Shown: in pieces, positions 39,353 to 47,346 of the stretch
Layout of the letters: every line of letters starts with the position of its first letter
Numbering within the stretch: the first letter of the stretch is position 1
Source: an uncultured Thermodesulfobacteriota bacterium
GTDB lineage: Bacteria > Desulfobacterota > Zymogenia > Zymogenales > Zymogenaceae
NCBI GenBank assembly: GCA_964542895.1
Contig: CAZIWT010000005.1
Coordinates: 863 to 59,751 of the forward strand
DNA length: 58,889 nt
Direction: 5' to 3'
The notes under the pieces: model-generated
Databases searched by the model: none
Told to the model about the DNA's origin: nothing
Seen by the model: the letters and a program-made list of their open reading frames with translations, nothing else
Program-made: the position numbers and the translations under genes

Positions 39353-40876
39353 CTACAGTCCCTTTTTCGTCTCTTCGAACGTGTCCTTTGAGCAGGCAAG
39401 CGCCGTGCCTATGGGGAGGACCTCGCCCGCCAGTCTTACCATCTCGGCGGACAGGTTCCTTATGTCCCACTGGGCCGTCCTGTCCATCCTGATCCTCGCG
39501 ATGTGGTAGAGCTCCCTGAGGTTTAAGGAGATAAGGGCCCTGAGCCTGTGGGCGTTGGTCAGGATGTAGGGTGCGGCCTGGGGCGATACCCCCCTTATCT
39601 TTTCGTATATGTCCCTTGTGCCTTCGGCGGCCCTCATAAAATCGTCCTTCAGGCCCGCCTCGACGATCGTCTCCGGGACTTCCACGCCGAGGTCGGGATC
39701 GTACTCCTGTCTTGTTATCGTCGCCATCCTGTGGCGCTTCAGCTGGGCGAAGCAGGAAGAGGAGACAACCGCCTCGAAGGTTAGGCCTATCGTCTCGAAC
39801 TCCCTCAGGGCGCGGTCGTAGGACTCCATGTATTTGAAGGAGGACTTGACTATCTCCTCGATTTTATCTTTTTCCATCCCCTTTATCGAGTTCAGGAGTG
39901 TTTCGTAGTCGAGGTCGGTCTGGGGAAAGACCAGCGCCGCGGCAAGGCGGGCGTCCCCGTCTTTTGTGTAATCGGCGAGCTTTAAGGGAGTATCTTCTAT
40001 CCCCTTGTCGCTCCGGCTGGTTTGTGAGTTTTTTGTGAACGACTTCCCTATCAGCTCTCTCGTCTTCGTGTCGTAGTCGGTCCCCTTGGCGTATTTTATA
40101 ACGGAGGGGGCGTGGGGGTAGAGGGCATCGTAGATCGTCTTGGAGAGCTCCCTCGCCTCGTTCAGCCCGCTTGCCGAGAGCCTTCTCATGGTCATCTCGA
40201 GGACCCTGGCGTTTGCGGTCATCCCCATCTGGGTCTGGGTGGCGAGGGGGACGATGTATCGTGCGTCCTCCTTGGCCCAGCCGTCGAGGGTGACCTTGCC
40301 CCTTTTATCTTTTGCGAGGTCAGGGTGTTTTTTGTGTATCATGGGGAGTAGCGCCTCGTAGAAGGTGTGGTACGTACCGTTTAGGCTTTCGACGGCGTTC
40401 CTGAAGGGGGTTTCGAGGCCCGCTTCGACCATCTCTTTCGGGATGACGTGATCGTCGGTCAGGGTTATGTACCTCTGCGATTTCTCGGTGTAGGAGGCGA
40501 GCCTCGTCCTCTGGAGCTCTTCGGTAACGAGCCTCGATATCCCGATGATGTCGAGGTTGAAGACGGCGTGCTCCGCCACCGACGAGTGTCCCATGCCGAA
40601 GATGATCGATTCGTTTGACCTTCTCGACGTCTCGACCTCCTTTAGGGCGTCGAGCCTTATCTCGTTTACCGGCCTGGGGTCCCTGCTTATGCGGGCGTAG
40701 GCCGCGCTGAAGGTCTCCGGAGTCAGCTCTTCCGAGGCCCCGAACCTGTCGAGGAAATCTGAAATCTCTTCACCGCTTCCACTTTTGATCCTTAAGGCCG
40801 CGCTTTTGTATTCGAACAGTCGCTCAACGTCAACGTTAAATCCGGAAAGAATGACCTTCATTTTAGTTTTACTCAT
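39353..40876 (-). CDS. thyX: Flavin-dependent thymidylate synthase, tandem two-domain form
   Basis: N-domain GHSSVAEH, SR, QRTRLASYTEKSQRY, EDARY; C-domain QLKRHRMAT, NLRELYH..R.R...AQWDIR. At 507 aa it is about twice the single-domain size. Confidence 0.9.
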   Translation of the reverse strand: MSKTKMKVILSGFNVDVERLFEYKSAALRIKSGSGEEISDFLDRFGASEELTPETFSAAYARISRDPRPVNEIRLDALKEVETSRRSNESIIFGMGHSSVAEHAVFNLDIIGISRLVTEELQRTRLASYTEKSQRYITLTDDHVIPKEMVEAGLETPFRNAVESLNGTYHTFYEALLPMIHKKHPDLAKDKRGKVTLDGWAKEDARYIVPLATQTQMGMTANARVLEMTMRRLSASGLNEARELSKTIYDALYPHAPSVIKYAKGTDYDTKTRELIGKSFTKNSQTSRSDKGIEDTPLKLADYTKDGDARLAAALVFPQTDLDYETLLNSIKGMEKDKIEEIVKSSFKYMESYDRALREFETIGLTFEAVVSSSCFAQLKRHRMATITRQEYDPDLGVEVPETIVEAGLKDDFMRAAEGTRDIYEKIRGVSPQAAPYILTNAHRLRALISLNLRELYHIARIRMDRTAQWDIRNLSAEMVRLAGEVLPIGTALACSKDTFEETKKGL

Positions 40877-40928
40877 TAAAAATTTGCTCCTTGAAGTTTT
40901 GCTCCTTAAAATATTTTCGTTTTACTCG

Positions 40929-41783
40929 TTAATATGTCCTTTTAAATCCCAATCCGCCTATAAAGAGAAACATCAATATAATGGGGATCCCGCCGAGGAG
41001 GGAAGCGGCACAGAACTCCGGCCAGTTTGTGGAAAAATCCCCCTCCAGAAACGACCTCAATCCCAGGGCCAGCGTGTAGAGCTTCGAGTCGGTCAGTACC
41101 ACCGCCGCGAGGAGGAAGTCGCAGTAGGCGGCGATGAAGTTGAAGGCGAAGGCGACAAGGAGGATCGGGGCGGTGGTGGGAAGGACAATGGAGAGATAGA
41201 TTTTTAAGGGCCCCGCACCGTCGAGGGTCGCCGCCTCCTCCATCGACCTCGGCACCGTGTCGAAGAAGCCCTTGATCATCCAGGTCGTGAAGGGGATCGC
41301 CCCTGCCAGGTAAACGAGGACAAGGGCGGTCAGTGTGTCGAGAATCTTGAAGAACTGGAGTATCTTGTATATGGCGACAATCGACATGATCCCCGGGAAG
41401 AGCTGGACGATAAGAAGCGTCGAGGTCATTACCTCCCTCCCCTTAAAGGCGTACCGGGAGAGGACGTGGGCGGATAGGGACGTGAGAAGGACGGCCAGAA
41501 GGGCGGTCATCCCGGATACGTAGACCGAGTTCTTTATCCAGAGGAGGAAGTCGGTCTCGGTAATTAACCTGACGTAGTTGTCGAGGGTGAAGCCCTCGGG
41601 AAGGAGCCTCCCGGAGTAGAGTTCCCCCCCGGCCGAGAAGGAGACCGACAGGATGAAGAGGATCGGGATCGAGGAGAAGAGGGCGATGAGGACTATAAAG
41701 GAGGTCCCCGTCAGGGATGCGGGAAGGTCCCTCACCATCTTGACACCTGCCCCGGTCAATTTGATTTCGGCTGTCGGCTTCAT
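40929..41783 (-). CDS. Sugar ABC transporter permease (MalG-like)
   Basis: NSVYVS, IKGFFDTVPRSMEEAATLDGA (EAA loop), TLALGL. Confidence 0.93.
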   Translation of the reverse strand: MKPTAEIKLTGAGVKMVRDLPASLTGTSFIVLIALFSSIPILFILSVSFSAGGELYSGRLLPEGFTLDNYVRLITETDFLLWIKNSVYVSGMTALLAVLLTSLSAHVLSRYAFKGREVMTSTLLIVQLFPGIMSIVAIYKILQFFKILDTLTALVLVYLAGAIPFTTWMIKGFFDTVPRSMEEAATLDGAGPLKIYLSIVLPTTAPILLVAFAFNFIAAYCDFLLAAVVLTDSKLYTLALGLRSFLEGDFSTNWPEFCAASLLGGIPIILMFLFIGGLGFKRTY

Positions 41784-41814
41784 TAAAAAGCCTCCTTACT
41801 TCTCCTCGTCTCTC

Positions 41815-42735
41815 TCAAAATACCTCCTCCCTCCCCCTTCTTATCCGTCTAAGATTATACAGGGTAATTAGGCCTATGGCAACAAATACGATTACCGCGT
41901 ATGCGGCGGCCAGCCCGTATCTCCTGCTCTGGAGGGTGAGTTTGAAAATGTAGGAGATAATGATGTCCGTAGAGCCCGCGCCGCCGATGCTCCCCGGGCT
42001 CGTGGGGCCGCCCGCCGTCAGGAGGTAGATGGCGGTGAAGTTGTTGAACGAGGCGGAAAATCCCATCACCAGAACCGGGATCATCCTTCTTACCACCAGC
42101 GGGAGCGTAAAGGAGGTGAAGATCGCGAGAGACCCGGCGCCGTCGAGGCGCGCCGCCTCCATCACCCCGCCCGGGATCGTCCTTATTATTCCTGTGGCCA
42201 TGGTGGTCATAAATGGTATCCCGAGCCATACGCTGACCACGATTACGGATAGTCTGGCCGTGTTGTGATCGGTAAGCCACGGGGTCTTTGCGAGGCCGAG
42301 CTGATCGAGGAGGAGATTTACCGCCCCGAAGTTGTAGTTCAAAAGCCCCTTCCATATCAGGATGGTGATGAACGCCGGCACCACCCAGGGGAGTATCATG
42401 AGGGGCCAGGCTGTGGCGGATATAAAGCGGGGGGTCTTGTTCAAGGCATCCGCCGCCAGGACACCGATGATAAAGGGGACGACGATCGATACGACGGAGT
42501 AGACGACGTTCCAAAGCCCCACCCTGAAGAAATCCGAGACGGGGCTTGTGAAAATCGTCATGTAGTTCAAAAGCCCCACGAAGTCGTAGCTGTCGTAGTG
42601 GTAGAGGCTCATGTTCGTGGTGGAGATGTAGACGTTGTAGAGGATGGGCGCAACGGAGAGGATCAGGACGAAAAAGACGATCGGGGCCAGTGTTGAGATT
42701 ATGAACAGGCCTTCCCTTTTTCTCACGTTCTTCAT
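41815..42735 (-). CDS. Sugar ABC transporter permease (MalF-like)
   Basis: TNMSL, ILPWVVPAFIT.L.W, MEAARLDGA, FNNFT.IYLLT.GGP, TDIIISY. Confidence 0.93.
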   Translation of the reverse strand: MKNVRKREGLFIISTLAPIVFFVLILSVAPILYNVYISTTNMSLYHYDSYDFVGLLNYMTIFTSPVSDFFRVGLWNVVYSVVSIVVPFIIGVLAADALNKTPRFISATAWPLMILPWVVPAFITILIWKGLLNYNFGAVNLLLDQLGLAKTPWLTDHNTARLSVIVVSVWLGIPFMTTMATGIIRTIPGGVMEAARLDGAGSLAIFTSFTLPLVVRRMIPVLVMGFSASFNNFTAIYLLTAGGPTSPGSIGGAGSTDIIISYIFKLTLQSRRYGLAAAYAVIVFVAIGLITLYNLRRIRRGREEVF

Positions 42736-44075
42736 CGCTTCATCTCCGAGATTACCGTCTTTAAGCGCTCCTCCATCGTGCAGAGGGCGTCCTTAGGGGT
42801 CGATTTTCCCTCGAGGGTGAGGTTTACGCCGTCGGCAAAGGCGTCCCAGACAAGCTCGCCCGCCGGGTCGTTCGGAAAGGGGAGGGAGTCCCCGGCGATT
42901 TTTACCGAGGTCTTCAAGGTCGGCTCCCTCTTGTAGTCCTCATCGGTGTAAACTAACGGGTTTGCCATGACGCGAACGCCCCCGGAGGCCTCGAAGTAGG
43001 TTCTCAGGTTTTCGGGCCTGAGGAGAAAGGCGACGAACGTGAGAGCGTCCTCCTTTTTATTCGAGTAGGCCGAGACGGCGACCCCCATCAGCGTGGAGAG
43101 GGGGCGCCCCCGCCTCCCGTCGGCGAAGGGGGGGATGGGGTGATATCCCACGTCGATGCCGAGCGACCTGTAGTAAGGGATAAGGTACGTCCCGTGGATC
43201 ATCGCCGCCGCCTTCCCCCTGGAGAAGAGGTCCGAGATGATCGGATAGGTGATACCCTTCGGGATGAGCGGCGGAGCGCCGCCTTGGATTTTTGTCAGTC
43301 CTTTCATAAACATCAGGGCCGAAATCCCGCCCTCCGTGCAGAAGCCGAGGTTCCCCGTGTCGTATACCCCGGCCGTATCTTCGGCGAAGATGTAGGCTCC
43401 GTTCGCGTCGTAGAAGGGAAAGGTGAAGTAAAGGTTCGTCGGGTCGGTTAAAAAGCCGTAGGTGTCCACCTTCCCGTCGCCGTCCGTGTCCCGGGTGAGA
43501 TTGGTGGCCGTCTCGATAAGCTCCTCCACCGTGTCGGGGGCGCTTTTTACCATCTCCATGTTGATGACCAGGCCGTAGGACTCCACGGTAAGCGGCACGC
43601 CGTAGAGCCCGGCGTTTCTACCGTCCCCGCCGCTCCACGTGAATGCGGAGACGAGGGATTCCGGGCAGTCTTTCAAAGACGCCGACATATCTATTATATC
43701 AGCATCCAAAGACGCAATATCCATCGCCATCGGCGCTATAAGCTTCATCAGCGCCAGGGCCCCCACCGAAGTGTGGGTTATGCTAAGGACGTCCGGCCCT
43801 TTACCGGCCGGGGCGGCGAGCTCCAGCTTCGTCGTTATCTCGAAGATACCTATCTCCCTCACGTCGACTTTGATCCCGCTCTTTTCCGTAAACCTCTTCC
43901 CGATCAGTCTTACGGCCTTCGCCTCCTCACTACTCATCGTGACCCAGAAGGTCAGCGTGGGCGTCTCAGCCTCCGGTGTCCCCCTGCATGAGCCGAAGAG
44001 GGCCAATGAGAGGAGGAGAGGGATCGCGATTATGGATACGGCTCCTCTTTTTGTTGTGCCGTGTACAAAATACAT
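42732..44075 (-). CDS. Extracellular sugar-binding lipoprotein (MalE-like)
   Basis: Lipobox LFGSC, GKGPDV, LYGVP, GKAAAMI.G; overlaps the malF-like start by 4 nt. Confidence 0.9.
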   Translation of the reverse strand: MYFVHGTTKRGAVSIIAIPLLLSLALFGSCRGTPEAETPTLTFWVTMSSEEAKAVRLIGKRFTEKSGIKVDVREIGIFEITTKLELAAPAGKGPDVLSITHTSVGALALMKLIAPMAMDIASLDADIIDMSASLKDCPESLVSAFTWSGGDGRNAGLYGVPLTVESYGLVINMEMVKSAPDTVEELIETATNLTRDTDGDGKVDTYGFLTDPTNLYFTFPFYDANGAYIFAEDTAGVYDTGNLGFCTEGGISALMFMKGLTKIQGGAPPLIPKGITYPIISDLFSRGKAAAMIHGTYLIPYYRSLGIDVGYHPIPPFADGRRGRPLSTLMGVAVSAYSNKKEDALTFVAFLLRPENLRTYFEASGGVRVMANPLVYTDEDYKREPTLKTSVKIAGDSLPFPNDPAGELVWDAFADGVNLTLEGKSTPKDALCTMEERLKTVISEMKR

Positions 44076-44398
44076 CGGGGATTCCGAAAGCCTTTAAAAA
44101 CGTTTTAGTCTGCGGTTAAGGTCGAATTGGGAAAAACCGTAAAGCCGCTTAATAAGTCTATTTCAAGGCGTTTTTCGGGTCAAGCTTAAAAGGTCGGTCA
44201 GGGATATTTTCCGCCTTGATAAGATCGAGGGATGAGTGTTACGGTCCGCGGTTTTGGCCGGGCGCCCTTTCTTGATGTCCGTGGGGTTTTGGATGCTTGG
44301 TCGATAAAAAAGTCCACGTCGACGGGCCCTTCAATATGGACGGTTTTCCAATTCAGGGTATTATTGGTGATCGCTTCCTTGCTCCCCGCCCGAATTAT

Positions 44399-44773
44399 TC
44401 AGGCTTTCTTGGAGCCGGCCCTTTTCAGGATATAGGCTGTCAGGTAAAGGGCGAAGACGATGATGAGATATATCATCAGGTAATAGAGCGCCCCCTCGAT
44501 CTGGCCCATGACCTTGAAGTTAAGGGCGGTTGGGTTGTTTACGAGGGATTCGTACCTGTAATTGCAGCCGTAGAATTTCCGGGATATCCCCCCGACGAGG
44601 ACCGCGGCTATGGCGGTGAGCTTGATCATAGTTGCGAGACGCTTCGGGTTGACGGGGATGGATACCGAGGAGAGCACATCCTCGACGTTCCTTAAGACTA
44701 AAAGAGTCAGTATAACGCCGACCGCGGTTGCGGCGATAAGCCCCGAAACGTAATATATGAGAACGGTGTTCAT
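44399..44773 (-). CDS. Small 3-TM membrane protein
   Basis: Three hydrophobic segments; shows patterned similarity to 45055-45402. Confidence 0.7.
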   Translation of the reverse strand: MNTVLIYYVSGLIAATAVGVILTLLVLRNVEDVLSSVSIPVNPKRLATMIKLTAIAAVLVGGISRKFYGCNYRYESLVNNPTALNFKVMGQIEGALYYLMIYLIIVFALYLTAYILKRAGSKKA

Positions 44774-45054
44774 TTAGTGGCCCTTTTTGGGTCGATGGGC
44801 ATGGGGGGTTTTTCATACGTTTTGTCGGCCCAAATGTCCGGCATATGGGCCATAGCCTGCAGCCCTATCCCCCTGGAGTCCGTAAAGATTTACCTCTCCC
44901 TTTATCTTGAAGCCCGATAAGAAGTCCTTTCAAATCGATTATCTATGCTGGACAAGGTCAAACGATAACCTAAAAATCCAATCCTACCCCTGCCTTTAGA
45001 AAAAAGCCCCTTGGTGCGCGTGTTTGGAAGGTCGCTCGAGGCTCTCCCGGCGGG

Positions 45055-45402
45055 TTACTTTTTCTTTGCGCCGATTGCCCACCCGATGAGGAGAGCGGAA
45101 AAGAGAATAAGAAACACCCATAGGAGCCGAAAGAGCATAGCCTCGAGCTGATCCACCACGGCCCAGACGAGGACGAGCTGATCTTGTTTGGCGCTTTCCG
45201 GATAGGTTTCGGACAAGGCCCCGGAGACCGATGCCAGCATTACAACGGTGTAGATTATCTTCGCCCAAAATTTTTGTACCTGTGATTCGGAAAAAAGAGT
45301 GCCGATGAAGGATTTTAAGCCACCCCTGAATATAATACAGAGGAGGATGCCGAGGATTACGGATATTGCGGCTACGGTCAGATAAATGCAGAAGATGTTC
45401 AT
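45055..45402 (-). CDS. Small 3-TM membrane protein
   Basis: GGAG RBS; three hydrophobic segments and a basic C-terminus. Confidence 0.72.
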   Translation of the reverse strand: MNIFCIYLTVAAISVILGILLCIIFRGGLKSFIGTLFSESQVQKFWAKIIYTVVMLASVSGALSETYPESAKQDQLVLVWAVVDQLEAMLFRLLWVFLILFSALLIGWAIGAKKK

Positions 45403-45610
45403 TTTTTTATCTCCAATTTATATCTCGAATGGATTTGAACGAGGTGCAAAATTACGAAGCCCGGCGGATATTTTAGATTCAATTGTTTAAACGACCCCGG
45501 GATTCTGAAATCTTCCTCTGTTGGAATAAAAATAGATTTCGCAGTTGTAGAGCGGATCTGCGGGGGAAACGGGGCCGCTGTTTAAATGGCGGGAGAGCTT
45601 GAGGGAAAAC

Positions 45611-45808
45611 CTAATCCATGAATATCTTCCTGCTCTCGGAGAAATCAATCCCGAGGGCGGTCAGGATTTTCCTCTTTGTCTCCATCCGGCAGCTCTTCCC
45701 CTTCTCGATGCGGTCGACGGTAAGCACGCTGACGCCCGCCTGTCTGGCCAGCTCAGATTTGCTCAGAAGCATCTGTTCCCTTATTTCTGTCAACGTATTC
45801 TTAGCCAT
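45611..45808 (-). CDS. Small XRE/Cro-type helix-turn-helix protein
   Basis: IREQMLLSKSELARQAGVSVLTVDRIEKG is an HTH_3 pattern; GGAGAG RBS. Confidence 0.88.
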   Translation of the reverse strand: MAKNTLTEIREQMLLSKSELARQAGVSVLTVDRIEKGKSCRMETKRKILTALGIDFSESRKIFMD

Positions 45809-46010
45809 CTCTCCATCCGATTCCTGATTGTAAATTTGCTTTGTAAAAATGCATCTCTCGGAGTCTTATAGAGTCTTATGGGATTTTCACCCCACCTGTT
45901 TGTTGTGGCCTCTAAAATACCCGTAAAAAACAACGAAAAACCTGGATTCCCGCAAACGACTAAAACCGAAACAAACAATCGTCCGTGGACTTAAAGGTAT
46001 AATTCCTCTG

Positions 46011-46418
46011 TTAGTATTCCACAACGGGAGGGAGGTCCTTCGCCTGATCGATCCAATTGGCCACGCTCTTCTCCGAGGGGAGCCTCCTTACGAGGTTCTT
46101 CTTCTCGTTTGTCTCTTTGATCTGCCGATAGAGGTTATCCGCCCTCCTGTTTCTGAGCTCCTTTACAGTGTCGACGCCCGCTTCCTCCAGGAGGTCGGAG
46201 TACTCCTCCGCCACACCCTTTATCCTCATCAGGTCGGCAAGATTTACCCACTCGAGGATCAGCTTGTGTCCGATGCCCGTGGAGTCTTCCAGCTCTTTTC
46301 TTCCCCTTGGGGTTTTGCCCCGTTCGAGAAGCTGGTTGGTGTTCGTAATTCCAACATCGTTGAGCTTTCCCTTGTAAACGTCTCCGATTCCCTCTATATC
46401 TTTAATCGGGTATCCCAT
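46011..46418 (-). CDS. DUF4332 helix-hairpin-helix domain protein
   Basis: IKDIEGIG...L...GI, ADLMRIKGVAEEYSDLLEEAGVDTVKELRNRRADNL. Confidence 0.88.
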   Translation of the reverse strand: MGYPIKDIEGIGDVYKGKLNDVGITNTNQLLERGKTPRGRKELEDSTGIGHKLILEWVNLADLMRIKGVAEEYSDLLEEAGVDTVKELRNRRADNLYRQIKETNEKKNLVRRLPSEKSVANWIDQAKDLPPVVEY

Positions 46419-47346
46419 GTTTGGCTCCTATAAAGTTTAAAAAATCTGTGTTAAAATTCCAAATTTTGATATTGATTCCGTCAATCTATAAATGCCGGCT
46501 ACACGCTTCATCACAGTGGGTAGATGGAAGAAAATCTCGGGGTCCGCATTTAAATCGAGGAGCTTTTTCGGCCCGCTGTTGAGTTTGTAAAGATGAAAGC
46601 CCCTTTTGTCTTCAACTTATCGAAAAACCTTGCAGTGAAGGTCTAAACACCCCCTTGGCAAGAAGCCCTTTTCAACAAGTATACTTTCTGGCGCGCTGTC
46701 GAATTTTTTTCTTGCTTCCGCCGTTTCCAGAGATAGTTTTATTAGTATAATAGAGTTATCAATTTAATTTAATTATTTATAAAAGTCAAGTAATTTTATA
46801 AAATTGTACGCTTTTTTTATAATATTTTCTTATTTTTTCCTCTCGGTGTGGCTCTGTTTGGATATCGACACCTTTTCGGGGCGGTTTAAGCGATTTCTCG
46901 GCCGAGGTGATATCGAATAAGGCCAAAAGCAATAGGGCGTATCTTGTATAATTGAGTGCCACAAAAAAAAACAGAGATTGACCGCCGTATCTCCTTCGCT
47001 CTTGGTCTTTTAAGGGCGCACATCAGCGACTATGAACGATTTGGGCACTGTTTTTCTTCACACAACCGCTGTCACTTGCATTTTTTACACAAGAATTATG
47101 TGTTCAGCTTTGAAATCCTCCAAGCGGCGACGGTTTGAATACAAGAAGAGGGCTCGCAGTTGGATCGACGGCGTTCCTATCCGTCAACGCCTTTAGTCCG
47201 ATCGACGTTTTCAGAAACAAGCTTTTCGAGCTTTATATTCCCTGCATCCTGTCGGGGCTCCCGGCGGCATTACAAAAGGCGCGTCCGCTTAAAAACCCCT
47301 CCCGCATATATAGACTTCGATCTTGAGCGCAATCTCCTCCCCCCGT

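Noticed and set aside
45880-45898. - strand CAGGTGGGGTGAAAATCCC resembling FMN/cobalamin riboswitch starts
   Set aside because: The downstream conserved blocks (ACCGGCGGT/AGCCCG for FMN; GCCCCCGCAACTGT for B12) are absent.
46956-47138. 60-aa + strand ORF in the large gap
   Set aside because: GTG start without an RBS, atypical composition and no motif.
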